Shown here piece by piece: positions 47,782 to 61,958 of a stretch of DNA of 64,000 nucleotides. The stretch covers positions 32,302,001 through 32,366,000 of the forward strand of contig JANJGN010000026.1 in NCBI GenBank assembly GCA_026770705.1. Reading direction: 5' to 3'. The notes below the pieces were generated by a model. That model was not told the DNA's origin. It saw only the letters and a list, made by a program, of their open reading frames with translations, and ran no database searches. The stretch's first letter is position 1, and each line of letters opens with the position of its first letter. The position numbers and the translations under genes are program-made. The DNA is from Isurus oxyrinchus. Its lineage: Eukaryota.

Positions 47782-48589
47782 GGTGCAAGGTATCAGGAAT
47801 AAAATCTAAATGTCAGTAAGCAGTGATATGATTTATCTGTATCTAGTTCAATGTGCATACCTTTTGCTGAATGGGGCCCTCGCCCAGTGCTCAGAATTGA
47901 ACACAATATTTGAGCTGAGGATTAATCAGGGATTTATAAAGATTCAGGATAACTTCCTTGTTTTTGTACTCCATGCCTCCATTAATAAACTGAGGATCCC
48001 ATCAGCATTTTTTAAAACAGCTTGATCAACTTGCCTTATCACAATGAAAGAAGCGTGTCCATTCACCCCCAGTATTGTGTTGCTACACACTCTGTTTCAA
48101 ATTGTACTATTTAGTTTAAGCTGCATTTCCTCATTCTTCTTTCCAAAATGCATCTCTGACTGTGAATCACTTTAGGATGTTCTGAGGATGTGAAAGGTGT
48201 TAACTGAACACAAGAATTTTCTTTCTCTTTTACAGCTGATTTAAAGTTGTAGATTTTTCTCCAAAGATTATATATGGATAAATTAACTATTTTACTACAC
48301 AAACAACTTCAGCGAGTCAGTGAATTAAGAGTAAAGATCCCAGACTGCGGTTCTTCAAGGTACACTGCAGACCCAACAGCTCAATCAGCTCCACGCTCAG
48401 CTCAGATCTCAATAATCCCACATACTGTCCACAGGGGAGTTCTCCTGGTGCAGTGGGACCAACATTCATGCTTTAACTGACACCAAAAAACTGGATCAAT
48501 CGGTCACTGTTTTTGTTGTCGATTGCTGTTTGTGGAATCTGACCACGTGCAAACTGGCTATTGTGAAACAGTAACAAATTGTATTTATA

Positions 48590-50070
48590 TAACATGGTTA
48601 ATGTAATAAAACATCCCAAAGTGCTTTGGGGGAGTTATCATAAAGAAAAAATTAACATTGAGTCACATTGGTCTTTATTTGAACAGATGTCCAAAAGCTG
48701 ATTAGAGAAGCAGATTTTAACAAGCATCTTTAATCAGGACAGAGAGCTAGAGGGGTAGAGAGGTTTAAGTAGGGAATTTCAGAGTTTCATGCATGGGCAC
48801 AGGCACCATTGGGGGAGTAATTAAAATCAGGGATGTTGAAGAGGCCAGAATGAGAAGGGTGCAGATATCTCACAGGATGTGAGAAACTGGAGATTACAGA
48901 GATAGGGAGGGAAGGGCAATGGAGGAATTTGGAAACAAGGATGTAAATTTTAAAGTCAAGGCATTGCTTGACCAAAAGCCAATGTAGGTCAGTGAGCACA
49001 GAGGTGATGGGTGAATGAGACATGGTCTGAGAAAGCACGTGGGCAGCAGAGTTTTGAATAATCTCACATTTCCGTGTTGCGGCAGGGTGAACGTGAGAGG
49101 CTGATCAGAAATGTATTGGAATCATCTAGTCTAAAGGTAACACGGACATAGGTGAGGGTTTCAGCAGCAGATGAGCTGGGGTGGGGTGAAGACAGGAGCT
49201 GTTATGGAGATTGAAATATCTGGTATTAGTGATGGCGTGGATATGTGATCTGTAGCTCATCTTAGGGTCAGATATGAGACTAAGATTGTGAACAGTGTGG
49301 TTCAGCCTCAGACAGTTCCCAGGGAGAGGGATGGATTCGGGAGTTTGGGAACGGAATTTGTAGTGGTGACTGAAGACAATGGCTTTGGTCTTCCCAATTT
49401 TTATTTGGAGGAAATTTCTACTCATCCAGTGCTGGATGTCGGATAAGCAGTTTGATAAGCAGTGGAGGAATGGTGGTGAGGTAGAGCTGGGCGTTGTCAG
49501 CGTACATGTGAAAACTAACACGGTGCTTTTGGATGATGTCGCCTAGTGGCAGCTTGTAGATGAGAAATAGGAGGGGCCAAGGATAGATCCTTGGGGAACA
49601 CCAACTTCAAGGACTTTGGAGAGGAAAGGGAGATTGGAGATAGGGTAGTAATATTTGCAAAGTCAGTGGTGTCAAAGGTTTCTTTGGGGTGGATGATGAG
49701 AGTGAATTTAAAGGGGAGAGGGATAGTATCAGAAGAGAGACAGAGCCATTAACAATATCAGATAATGTAGTGAAGTTGGGTGATCAGTGCTTTAAGTGGG
49801 GAAAGAGTAAAGGGAGAAGGCAGGTCTCATGGACAAGGTGAGCAATGAGGGGGTATGATGGGAGGTAGCAGGGAAACTGGAGAAAGATGTGAGTTCAGAC
49901 AAGGGGGGAAGTTTAAAGACAGAATGACCCAGTGGGCTAATGAAAGGGAGGGAAGCAGCTGATCAGATTGTCTCAAACTTAGTGACAAAGAAACTCCATG
50001 AGGACCTAACACTTGTTGGAGGTGTGGATGGAGGAGACGGGGGAGAGGGAGAGCACTTCAAAAGGAACTA
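48590..50070 (-). mobile_element. L2-clade LINE remnant
   Basis: [26 protein letters not shown] and ITSVLTDLHWL..DFKI, typical L2 RT C-terminal motifs. Confidence 0.85.
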
Positions 50071-50233
50071 ACTTGTTTCAGAGATACTAAAAAGACATGA
50101 CACAGTGTGGTTATCACAAAGAAAACAAACTTGATCTTTGTCCAGAATATTAGCCTCTATAACTAGGGTGGAGTCTATTAACAGACCCAATGAACATAGT
50201 TCAGTCCTCGATGTGATTAATAGCAAAATCCAA

Positions 50234-51282
50234 TCACTGTTGTAACTTGTGAGCTCGCTGGTGTCTCAGCAGGTTAGATGATTGAGTAAATCCCTTTCCA
50301 TAATCGGAGCAGGTGAATGGCCTCTCCCCGGTGTGAACTCGCTGGTGTCTCAGCAGGTTGGATGACTGAGTGAATTTCTTCCCACAATTGGAGCAGATGA
50401 ACAGCCTCACCCCACTGTGAACCCTCACTGGTGTCTAAGCAATGCAGATGACTCAGTGAAACACTTCCCACACTCAGAGCAGGTGAATGGCCTCTCCCAA
50501 GTGTGAACTCACTGGTGTCTCAGCAGGGTGTATGACTGAGTGAATTCCTCTCCGCACTCAGAGCAGGTGAACGGCCTCTCTCCAGTGTGAGTGCGCTGGT
50601 GTACAGCAAGGTGAGATGATCGTCTGAACCCAGTCCCATAGTTACAGCACCTGAACGGTCTCTCATCAGTGTGAACTTGTTGATGGTACATCAGTTCCTG
50701 AGAACTTTTATAATACTTCCCGCAGTCCAGACATTTAAAAGGTCTGTCATCGGTGTGAACTCTTTGGTGTGTCATCAGGTTGGAAGAATTAATGAATCCC
50801 TTCCCACACACAGAGCAGGTGAACGGTCTCTCCTTAGTGTGAACTCGATGGTGTGTCCGCAGGGTGTATGAGTGAGTGAATCCCTTCCCACACACAGAGC
50901 AGGTGAACGGTCTCTCCCTAGTGTGAACTCGATGGTGTGTTCGCAGAGTGGATGACTGAGCGAATCCCAATCCACATACAGAGCAGGTGAAAGGCCTCTC
51001 CCCAGTGTGAACTCGCTGGTGTGTCAGCAGAGTAGATGACTTAGTGAACCCCATTCCACATACAGAGCAGGTGAATGGCCTCTCTCCAGTGTGTACTTGC
51101 TGATGAGTTTCCAGTTCTGATGGGTAATTAAATCCCTTCCCACAATCGCCATATTTCCACGGTTTCTCCCTGTTGTGACTGCATATATGTTTTGACAGGC
51201 CAGATGATTGGTTGAAGCTTTGACCAAACACAGAACACATGTACACTTTCTCCCCACTGTGAATGGTGCTTGTTCCTTCCAT
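50234..51282 (-). pseudogene. C2H2 zinc-finger gene C, decaying (~12 finger units, 5 intact in the main ORF)
   Basis: ATG at 51282; C>Y/F substitutions; CGA>TGA stop at 50509-50511, second stop and frameshift before the last two fingers. Confidence 0.85.
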
Positions 51283-51804
51283 GTTCAAATTCTGATGATA
51301 CTTATGATAAATTGGGCAACTCCATCAAATCCTGGTGTGATGTTTGGAAAATCCTCACTTTCTAATACCCTGTCAAATCGATTGAAAACAGGGAAAAAAA
51401 GAGTGAGAAAGAACCCACAAAAACACAAAGGCAGGTTGTGAAATTGAGCTGAATGAATCTGGTAATTTGTGAGGCCAGCATCAGGAAAAAGTGACCATGA
51501 AAACTGCTGGATTGTCATCAAAACCCAAGTGGTTCATTAATGTCCTTCAGGGAAGAGAAGGGTGGGTGTGGACCTACACACAACTCTGGCCTCTATGGGA
51601 GGGATGAAAGGGAGAAAGAGGTGGGAGAGCCAGGAAGTGAAGGAAAGAGATTCTTTATATCGACAACTTGACCAGAAATACAGAACCTCCTAAACCCTCA
51701 ACCTCCACCTCCTAGAAGGACCAGAGTAGCAGGGGACCAGGGTAGCAGGTGTATGTAAACACCATCACCTCCAAGTTCCCCTCCAAGTCACAGACCGTCC
51801 TGAC

Positions 51805-53530
51805 TTGTCTGACATCCTGTACCGGATGAACAGAAACTTCCTCCGTTTAAATATTGGGAAGATTAAAGCCATTGTCTTCAGTCCCCATTACAAACTCCAC
51901 TCTCTAATCAAGGACTCCATCCCTCTCCCTGGCAACTGTCTGAGACTGAATCAGACTGTTCACAACCATGGAGTCATCTTTAAAACCGAGTCGAGCTTTC
52001 AGCTACATACCTGTTACATCCCTAAGACCGTCTGTTTCCTCCTTGTAAACATCGCCCGACTTCACCCTAGTCTCAGCTTATCTACTGCTAAAATTCTCAA
52101 CCATTCATTTGTTATATCGAGAGTTAACAATCCTAACGCACTCCCAGCCGGCCTCCCACATTCATCCTCTCTGTAATCTTGAGGTCATCCAAAACTCTGC
52201 TACCCATGGTCTTATTCGCACCAAGTCTTGTTCACCCATCACCTCTGCCTTTTTTAAAAATTCTTTTACAGGATGTTGGTGTCACTGGCTAGGGCAGCAT
52301 TTATCACCCATTCCTAATTGCCCTTGAGAAGGCGGTGGGGAGCTGCAGCTCTTGTTGCTGTCCATGTGGTGCAGGTACACCCACGGTGCTGTTAGGAAGG
52401 GAGTTCCAGCATTTTGACCCAGTGACAGTGAAGGAACACCAATCTATTTTCAAGTCAGGATGGCGAGTGACTTGGAGGAGTACTTCCAGCTGGTGGTGTT
52501 CCCATCTATCTGCTGTCCTTGTCCCTGTAGATGGTAGTGGTCATGGGTTTGGAAGATGCTGTCAAAGAAGCCTTGGTCAGTTGCTGAAGAGCACCTTGTA
52601 GATGGTACACACTGCTGCTGCTGTGCATCAGTGCTGGAGGGAGTGAATGATTAAGTGATTGGAGTGCCAGTTAAGTAAGATGCTTTGTCCTGGATGGCAT
52701 TGAGCTTTGAATGTTGTTGGAGTTGCTCTCATCCAGGCAACTGGATAATCCAATATTCCATCACATTCCTGACTTGTACCTTGTAGACGGTGAATCGGCT
52801 TTGGTGAGTCAGGAGGCGAGTTACTCTCCACAGAATTCCCAGCCTCTGACCTGCCCTTGTAGCTCCGGTATTTATATGGCTGGCCCAGTTCAGTTTCTGG
52901 TCAATGGTAACCCCCAGGATATTGATAATAGGGGATTCAACGATGATGATGCCACTGAATGTCACAAGGAGATTGTCAGCTTCATGCTTGTTAGTGATGG
53001 TCATTGCCTCACACTTGTGAGGCATGAGTGTTCACCCTTTGACCCTGTGCTCACTAACCTACAAAGGCTCCTGGTTAAGAAACTCCAAAATTTTAAATTT
53101 CCCATCCTTGCTTTCAAATCCCTTCAGGATGACTGCTCGCCATAACTCTGTAACCATGGTGACTGCCAGCCCTAACTCTACAATCATGGTGACTGCCCGC
53201 CATAACTCTGTAATCTCCTCCAACCTCACAAACTTTCCAGATATCTGTGCTTCCTCTAATTCTGATATCCTGAGCTCTCATGATTTTAATTGTTCCATCT
53301 TTGGCGACCACATCTTCAGCTGTGAAGACCATAAGCTGTGGGATTTCCTCCCTAAACCCCTCCACTTCTCAACCTCACATTCCTCCTTTAAGAATCACCT
53401 TAAAACCTTCCTCTTTGACCAAGCCTTTGGCCATCTGCCCTCATATCTCCTTATATGTCAAATGTTGCTTTATAAGACTTGTGAAACAACTTGGAAAGGT
53501 CTATTACATGAATAGCACCATATAAATACA
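51805..53530. mobile_element. L2 fragment (+) interrupted by a CR1-like LINE (-; ~52255-53020)
   Basis: L2 ORF 51805..52176 resumes at ~53025 (TGTTCACCC.. duplicated at the junctions). Confidence 0.8.
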
Positions 53531-53899
53531 AATTGTTCTTGATATCTCGGTTCCTTTCTCATCGTTGTAACTCCTTACCTCACATAATTGTGGGAGCATC
53601 TTCACCACATGGACTGCAGCGGTTCTAGGTCAAACATCATCTTCTCCACAGATAACTGGGGATGGGTAATATCTGCTGTTGGTCTTATTCGTGAAAAGGC
53701 AGGGGAGTGGGACTAGCTGATTTGCACCTGCAGAGAGACAGCACAGACAGGACGGGCTGAATGGCCTCTGTCTGTATTGTAACTCTTTCGAGTTCTGCCT
53801 GTATTGTAACCATTCAATGAATCAATGATAAACAACGAAACTGGAGACCAGGGACCAACCTCTGGAACCAATGCCCAAGCTGATACAAACCGGTTCTTC

Positions 53900-54240
53900 A
53901 GTGATCTGGGAGCTGCGGGGAAGGGGACCGGTCAGTTTATTTCCGGGGTTTGCAGTTTACACAACATGTTTCCGGAGCCTCTCCGTCCACCCGCCGGATC
54001 CATAACTCCCTCCGCCCCGCCATCTCCCCCTTTACCCATTGTGGACCCGTCTCCCCATTACCCGCACTGCGCATGCTCCAGTCACAGCCTGGCCCCGCCT
54101 TTTCATTCATTCCGATTGGTTGGAGGGCCGGCCGCCCTCCCTGGGTCCTACAATCCCGCCCCCTCTTCCTATTGGTCCGGAGCTGCCGTCAATCACCTGG
54201 GCATTGTGACGTTTTCAAATGCTAAGAGCGGCCACAGACT
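53900..54240 (-). promoter_or_regulatory. CpG-rich promoter, probably of zinc-finger gene C
   Basis: Homologous to 39250-39400: CCCCGCC..CATTCA.TCCGATTGGTTGGAGG..CGCCCCCTCT..ATTGG..CAATCAC; CTGCGCATGC NRF1-like site. Confidence 0.65.
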
Positions 54241-54384
54241 CAGCCTGACTTACTGATTCTTGGCAGCATTTTCTGTTTGGGAATTAGAGCTAGAGATGGA
54301 TGGTCAGTTCCCCTCTGTCCGGGGGGATTCACACTCATTTCCCCAGTGCAGTGATTATCACTTTTATTTTGACCCAGCGACATG

Positions 54385-55940
54385 AGTGACTTGGAGGGGA
54401 ACTTCCAGGTGGCAAAAGCAAAATACTGTGGATGCTGGAAATCTGAAACAAAAACAGGAAATGCTGGAAAAAACTCAGCAGGTCTAAGAGCATCTATAGA
54501 GAGAATAAACACACAATTAATGCTTCGAGTCTGTATGACTCTCCTTCCAGGTGATGGTGTTCCCATATGTCTGCTGCACTTGTCCTTCTAGATGGGAGTA
54601 GTCATTGGTTTGGAAAGTGCTGTCAAAGGCGCCTTGGTGAATTCCTGCAGTGCTTCTTGGAGATACACGGCTGATACTGTGCGTCAGTGGCTAGAGGGGC
54701 GGAAAGTTCTGGAGCACCAAGTCTTCAGTACTATTGCCAGAATTTTGTCAGGGCCCATAGCCTTTGCAGTATCCAGTGCCTTCAGCCACTTCTTGACAGC
54801 ACTTGAAGTGAATTCAATTGGCTGAAGACTGGCATCTGTGATGGTGGGGACCTCCAAAGGAGCCCGAGATGGATCATCCACTCGGCACCTCTGGCTGAAG
54901 ATTGTAGAAAATGTTTCAGCCTTATCTTTTGCACTGATGTGCGAAGCTCCTCCATCATTGAGGATGGGAATATTTGTGAAGCCTCCTCCTCCAGTAAGTT
55001 GTTTAATTGTCCACAACCATTCATGATTGGATGCGGCAGGACAGCAGAGCTTGGATCTGGTCCGTTGGTTGTGGGATTGCTCAGCCCTGTCTATCACTTG
55101 CTGCTTATACTGTTTGGCACACAAGTAGTCCTGTGTTATAGCTTCAAAAGGTTGAAATCTTATCTTTAGGTATGCCTGGTGTTGCTCCTGGCATGCCCTC
55201 CTGCATTCTCCATTGAACCAGTATTGGTCCCCTGGCTTGATGGTTATAGTAGAGTGGGGGATTTGCCAGGCCATGGGGCTACAGATTGTTTTCGAGTGCA
55301 ATTCTGATGCTGCTGATGGCCCACAGTGCCTCATGGATGCCCAGTCTTGAGTTGCTAGATCTTTTCGAAATCTATCCCATTTAGCACGGTGGTAGTGCCA
55401 CCGTGGAGGGTCTCATCAATGTGAAGGTGGGACTTTTTCTCCATGAGGTCTGTGTGGCGGTCACTCGTACTGATACTGTCATGGACAGTTGCATCTGTGA
55501 CAGGCAGGTTGATGAGGATGAGGTCAAGTATGTTCTTCCCTCTTCTTGGTTCCCTCACTACCTGCCGCAGACTCAGTGTAGCAGCTATGTCAGTTAGGTC
55601 TCGGTCAGCTCAGTCAGTAGTGGTACTACTGAGACATTCGTAGTGATGGACGCTAAAGTCCCTCACCTAGAGTACATTCTGCGCCCTTGCCACCCTCAGT
55701 GCTTCCTCCAAGTGATGTTCAACATGGAGGAGCACTGATTCATCAGCTGAGGGACGGCAGTACGTGGTAATCAGCAGGTTTTCTTGCCCATGTTTGACCT
55801 AATGCCATGAGACTTCCTGGGGTCTGGAGTCGATGTAGAGGGCTCTCAGGGCAACTCCCTCTTGGCTGTATACCACTGTGCTGCCACCTCTGCAGGGCCT
55901 GTCCTTCCGTCGGACAGGACACACCCAGGGATGGTGATGT
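54385..55940 (-). mobile_element. CR1-like LINE (second family), endonuclease-tether region; Penelope-like short element inserted at 54414-54548
   Basis: REPRRGKNILDLIL..SDRH (APE end), PGDQYWFNGECRRA..KAMGPDKI. Confidence 0.85.
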
Positions 55941-56679
55941 CAGGTGGGGGTGGAGAAGCAGGCAGGGAGAAGTATCAAATAAAGTACAAACCTGAGAGTT
56001 GAACAGGGGTTAATGGGACACCGACTGGAGTGGATGTGGAGCTGGGTGGAGCAGACCAGGTGATCACAATTGGGGGAGGGGCCGGTGACTGATATGTGCT
56101 CCAACTAATAGGGAGAGGGTGGGCGAAACTGGAGGACAGATTGGGGGGTGGGTCCTCTAACCAATGGTGGTGCAGCAGGGGGCAGGATGTGGTGTAGAAC
56201 TCAGGTGCACTGATGCAGATTGTGAGGCGCTGTCCCCGGTGAGAGCAGCTGAGGCAGTGCAGAGCTGGGACTGGAAACTGGAGCTGTTCTGGGACAGGGG
56301 GCAGAGGGGGAGGGGCATCACAGGCAAAAATAATACAATAACTAAAATGTTTATATATTATTTATTAATTATAGATATATATAAAAGTGTAAGTCGATAA
56401 ACTTTTAAGAGAATGTGGAACAACAGCACCCTGACCAAGAACCAAACTGAGTCTGCCAAGCCCACGTCCTCAGCACATTCCTCGACAGTGGTGAGACCTG
56501 CACAGCATACGTTGGGCAGGAGAAAAGGCTGAACAGTTTCCACCTTCACCATCTCAACATGTTTCCTCAGCACCTCCCAGTCATCAACTTGGAGGCCCTG
56601 GCACACACTAATTCCATCAACAGCCGCTCATTACAAAGTAAAAGTGCTGGGTCTCTGGATTACCAGTTCAGTGATACTA

Positions 56680-59600
56680 TGCCACCGCCTCCTCATGAGC
56701 CATTTATAAGCTGGACTGATGTTAAGCACACTCAGGATTGTGCAGCAAGTGCTGGCCAATCATGGAATCATATCTCAGAGTACTAGATCAAGGCAGGTTA
56801 ATGTGGAGCTGGAGAATTGCTGCAGGAGGGCTTCAGATTCATGGGGCATCAACACCAGTTCTGAGGAATGAGGCACCTGTTCAAGATGGATGGATTGCAC
56901 TTCAGCAGAGGTGTGACTCGGGCCCTTGTGCGTAGGTTTACTAGTGCAATGGGGGAAGGTTCAAATTACTTTTACAGGGTGAAGGACAAAATCATTGTTC
57001 CTTCCACTGGGGTCACTTAAAGAAACATTTCCCCAATTATTTAGTTTACTTTTCAATAGTTGTTACATTGAAGTCTGGTGTCAATTACACCAGAAAATGG
57101 AAATGACACACAACATGTCCCTGATATTCAGGACAGCCTAACAGTTCTCCCTCCCCACTCTCTGTATTATTATTTTATGGAAGCTGGACAGATTCCCACA
57201 CATGCCATTGGGCATTTTGCAATTGGATTCATTCATCCTGGTTTTGTCTGGCTCTGTCTTACTCTTTACTTCATGCTCTGTGACGGTTCCCGTGTATTTG
57301 GTTCCCGGCTGCAGGCAGCACCTAGTTTAGCTTTATTCGGTGCATCTGTGGTCTGTGATGTCACGTTCATAAAGCTTTTTTCACGCAGAGAAAACCATCC
57401 CAAGGTGTTTGGTAATGTGTAACAAATGGGAGAGGATTAATTTATGAACTCAGAGTAAAGGAGCCTCTAGGTAGCAGCAAACATAACATGATTGTATTTC
57501 GTATTTGGTTTGTCGGAGACAAGAGTGTGTCTAAGACAAGTGTTTTAAACTTCAATAAAGGCAATTACAAGGGTATGAAGATGGGCTGGTGAAAGTGAAC
57601 TGGGAAATTAGGTTAAGGGTAGGTCAGTAGAAATACAGCAGCAGACATTTAAGGAGATGTTTCATAGCGAAGGTAAATTCCGGTGAGAAAGAAAGACTTT
57701 CGGAGAAGTATGTGCTGTCCATGGCTAACTAAAGAAGTTAAAGATAACAAATTGGAAAAAAAAGCTTACAATCTGCGAAGATTAGTAGCAGGTCATAAGG
57801 TCATACAAAATTTAAAAAGCAGCAAACAATGACTGAGAAAATGAGGGAGAAATTAGATTCTGAGAAGAATAACAGTAAGAGTTTCTACAAGTATTGAAAA
57901 AGGAAAAGAGTAACTAAAATGAGTGCTGGTCCTCTAGGGAGTGAGTCTGGAGAATTAATAATGGAAAATAAGGAAATGGCGCAAGTGTTGAACAAATTTT
58001 GTGTCTGTCTTCATTGCGAAAGAGACAACTAACATCCTAAGAATACTTGTAAATCAAGAGGTGAAAGGGAGGGAGGAACTTAAAATCACCAGGGAAAGGG
58101 GACTGAGAACACTATTAGAACAAAAGGCTGACAAGTTCACAGTACCTGATGGACTTCATCCTAGGGTCTTAAAAGAAGTGGCTGTGGAGATATTAGATGC
58201 ACTTGATATAATTTTCCAAAATTCCTTTGATTCTGGAAAGGTCCCATCTGATTGGAAAATAGCAAGTGCAACTCCTCCAATCAAGATTGGAGTGAGACAG
58301 AAAGCAGGAAAAGATAGACCAGTTAGCTTAACATCTGTCATGGGGAATAAAATCTAGGATCTATTATTAAGGAGGTTATAGCAAGGCACTTAGAAAATCT
58401 TAATGACATCAGGCAGAGTCAGCACAGTTTTGTAAAAGGGAAATCGTGTTTGGCTAATTAGAGTTCTTTGAGGAAGTAACAAACAACAAGAATAAAGGGG
58501 AACCTGTAGCTGTGATGTACTTGGATTTCTAACTGGCATTTGATAAGGTGCCACATCAAAGGTTATTACGCAAAATAAGAGTTCATGGTGAGGGGGTAAC
58601 ATGAGCATGGTCAGAGGATTAGTTATCTAACAGGAAGCAGAAAGAAGGGATAAATGGGTCATTTCTGGGTTGGCAAGATGTAACTATTGGAGCATCACTG
58701 GGATCAATGTTAGGGTCTCAACTATTTACAATCTATATCAATGACTTGGATGAAGGGACTGAATATTTGGTTGCTAAATTTGTTGATGACGTAGGTAGGA
58801 AAGTAAGTAGTGAAGAGGACATAAGGAGTCTGCAAAGGGATGTAGATAGGTTAAGTGAGCAGGAAAAAAATTGGCAGATGGAGTACAATGTGGGAAAATG
58901 TGAACTTGTCCACTTTGGCAGGAAGAATAGAAAAGCAGCATATTATTTAAATGGAGAGAGATTTCAGAACTCCACAGTACAGTGGGATCTGGGTGTCCTA
59001 ATATATGAATCACAAAGTCAGTACGCAGGTACAGCAAGTGATTAGGAAGACAAATGGAATGTTATCATTTATTCAAGGGGAATGGAATCGAAAAGTAGGG
59101 ATGTTTTGCTGTAGTTTACAGGATGTTGGTGAGACCACATCAGGAGTACAGTTTACAGTTTTGGTCTCCTTGCTAAAGAAAGAATATAATTGCATTCAGA
59201 GAAGTTCAGAGGAGGTGCACTGGACTGATTCCTGGGATGAAGGTGTCTTATAAGGAAAAGTTGGATAGGTTGTACCTGTATTCTTTGGCTTGAGGAGAAT
59301 CAGAAGTCTTATTGAAATATATCACATCTTGAGGGGATTGAACGGAGTGGATACTGAAAGGATGTTTCCCCTTATGGGAGAGAGTCTATGACAAGAACTA
59401 GGGGCACAGTTTAAAAATAAGGGTTTTCCATTTAAGGAAACAAGGAGGGTTGTTAGTCTCTGCAGCTCTCTTGCCCAGAGAGCAGTGGAGGTTGGGTTAT
59501 TGAATATTTTTAAGGATGAATTGGACAGATTCTTGATTGACAAGGAAGTCAAGCGGTATCACGTGTCAGCAAGAAAGTAGAGTTAAGGCTACAATCAGAT

Positions 59601-59680
59601 CAACTCTGAGTTTATCAAATGGCAGAGCAGGCTCAAGAGGCCCAATGGCCTACTCCAGCTCCTAATTCATATGTTTGTAC
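56680..59680 (+). mobile_element. Degenerate long CR1 LINE (ORF1 end, ORF2 RT, 3' tail)
   Basis: PDGLHPRVLKEVA..PSDWKIA..RPVSLTSV; LGSQLFTIYINDL..KFVDD; CR1 tail near 59670. Confidence 0.88.
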
Positions 59681-59939
59681 GTTTCACAGGAGCGATGACC
59701 ACAGGCCACATAAAGAGATATTAAGGTGCTAAACTGAGGGCCTATCCAACATCTCAGGTGATGTAAAATAGGAAAAGAGGAGCAGGAGTAGGCCATTCAG
59801 CCCCTTTAGCTTTCTCTGCCATTCAACTAGATCATGACTAATTATAGCAGGGAATTCTTCCCGGTATCCTGGCCAATATTTTACTCCCAACCAATCTCAC
59901 TAAAAGCAGATCATCTCTGGTCATTATCAGATTGCTGTT

Positions 59940-60295
59940 GAGGAAGTGAGAGACCTTGGAGTGTATGTCCACAGGTCCTTGAAGGTGGTAGGACAGGTGG
60001 ACAAGGTGGTGAAGAAAGCATATGGAATGCTTTCCTTTATTGGGCAAGGTATTGAATACAAAAGCAGGGATGTAATTATGGAGCTGTATACAATGCTGGT
60101 TAAGCCACAGCTGGGATTCTGTGTACTGTTCCGGTCACCACATTACAGGAAGGACATAATTGCTCTGGAGAGAATGCAGAGGAGATTTATAAGAATGTTG
60201 TAAGGGCTTGAAAATTGCAGCTATGAGGAGAGATTGGATAGGCTAGGGTTGTTTTCCTTGGAACAGAGGAGACAAAGAGGTGACCTATTTGAGGG
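59940..60295 (+). mobile_element. CR1 fragment
   Basis: RDLGVYVHRSLKV..KVVKKAYGMLSFI..LERMQRRFIRM. Confidence 0.85.
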
Positions 60296-60836
60296 TTAAC
60301 GCACAGACAGACCCTCCATCTCCACAACCCTCTCCTCTAATTCTGGCCCCCTGTGCATCCCCCATTTCAATCACTGCACCATTGGTGGTCGTGCCGAGAA
60401 GCTCTAGAATAGACTACAGGGCATGATGGGAGAAGGGAGAGAAACTGGAGAAAGGTGTGAGTTCAGGGCTCGGGTAAGAAGGAACTTTGAAGATAGTTTG
60501 GTCCAGTGCACTAGTTTAAGGGGGGGAAACAGCAGAGGCAGCTGATTGGATTGTTTCAATCTTAGTGACAAGGAAATTCCATGATCTCTTCATACTTGTT
60601 GGAAGGTGAGGATGAGGGAGACGGGGAGTGGGAGAAGCCTTCAAAAGTAATTAACTTGTGTTAGAAATATTAGAAAGATTCAACACAATGTTTTCAACAC
60701 AAAGCTGATTTATTTTGAATTTTATCTAAAATATTAGCCCATGTAACTGTGTTGGAAATTATTAACATCAGTAGAAACAGACCCAATGAATACTGTTCAG
60801 TCCTCTGTAATTACCAACAAAATCCAATCACTCTAG

Positions 60837-61958
60837 TTACTTGTGAATTCGCTGGTGTCTCATCAGGTTGGATGACTGTGTGAATCTCTTTCCACACTTG
60901 GGGCAGATGAATGGTCTCTCCCCAGTGTGAACTCGCTGATGTGTCAGTAGGGTGGATGACTGAGTGAATCCCTTCCCACAGTTGGGACAGGTGAACGGCT
61001 TCTCCCCGGTGTGAACTCGCTGGTGTACAGTGAGATCAGATGATGTCTTGAACCCAGTCCCACAGTGAGAGCACCTGAATGGTCTCTCGTCAGTGTGAAT
61101 ACGTTGATGGCGCATCAATTCCCCAGAACTTTTAAAACAGTTTCCGCAGTCCAGGCATTTAAAAGGTCTCTTATCAGTGTGAACACGCTGATGGGACATC
61201 AGCTCCCTGCAATTTTTATAGCACTTTCTGCATTCTGGGCAGTTGAAAGGTCTCTTATCAGTGTGAACACTCTGGTGATTCAGCAGGGTGGATAACTGAG
61301 TGAATCCCTTCCCACAGTCAGAGCAGGTGAAAGGTTTCTCTCCAGTGTGGACTCGCTGGTGTGTCAGCAGGTTGGATGACTGAGCGAATCCCTTCCCACA
61401 GTCAGAGCAAGTGAATGGCCTCTCCCCGGTGTGAACTCGCTGGTGCTCAGTGAGTTGAGATGACTGTCTGAATCCAGACCCACAATGAAAGCACCTGAAT
61501 GGTCTCTCGTCCGTGTGAACACGTTGATGGAGCATCAGGTCCCGGGAACTTTTAAAGCACTTCCCACAGTCTGAGCATTTAAAAGGTCTCTCGTCAGTGT
61601 GAACTCGCTGGTGTGTCAGCAAGTCAGATGATCGAGCGAATCCTTTTCCACACTTGGAGCAAGTAAATGGTCTCTCCCCAGTGTGAACTCGCTGGTGTCT
61701 CAGCAGGTTAGATGACTGAGCAAATCCCTTCCCACAGTCAGAGCAGGTGAATGGTCTCTCACCTCTGTGAACTCGCTGGTGTCTCAGCAGACTGGATGAC
61801 TGAGTGAATCCCTTCCCACATACGGAGCAGGTGAATGGCCTTTCTCCAGTGTGACTGCGTCGATGAGTTTCCAGATCAGATGGAAATCTGAATCCCTCCT
61901 CACAGTCTCCACATTTCCACAGTTTCTCTCCGATGTGAACGGTGCTTTTTCCTTCCAT
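60837..61958 (-). CDS. Intact C2H2 zinc-finger protein D, 13 tandem fingers (373 aa from first ATG)
   Basis: All 13 CxxC-x12-HxxxH units intact with TGERPF/TDERPF linkers; splice acceptor TTTCACAG at 62057-62064; frame is open from the acceptor. Confidence 0.92.
   Translation of the reverse strand: MEGKSTVHIGEKLWKCGDCEEGFRFPSDLETHRRSHTGERPFTCSVCGKGFTQSSSLLRHQRVHRGERPFTCSDCGKGFAQSSNLLRHQRVHTGERPFTCSKCGKGFARSSDLLTHQRVHTDERPFKCSDCGKCFKSSRDLMLHQRVHTDERPFRCFHCGSGFRQSSQLTEHQRVHTGERPFTCSDCGKGFAQSSNLLTHQRVHTGEKPFTCSDCGKGFTQLSTLLNHQSVHTDKRPFNCPECRKCYKNCRELMSHQRVHTDKRPFKCLDCGNCFKSSGELMRHQRIHTDERPFRCSHCGTGFKTSSDLTVHQRVHTGEKPFTCPNCGKGFTQSSTLLTHQRVHTGERPFICPKCGKRFTQSSNLMRHQRIHK

Noticed and set aside
53130-53215. 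30-bp triplication (also a 30-bp duplication at 35110-35170)
   Set aside because: Local slippage duplications in or near repeats; no sign of function
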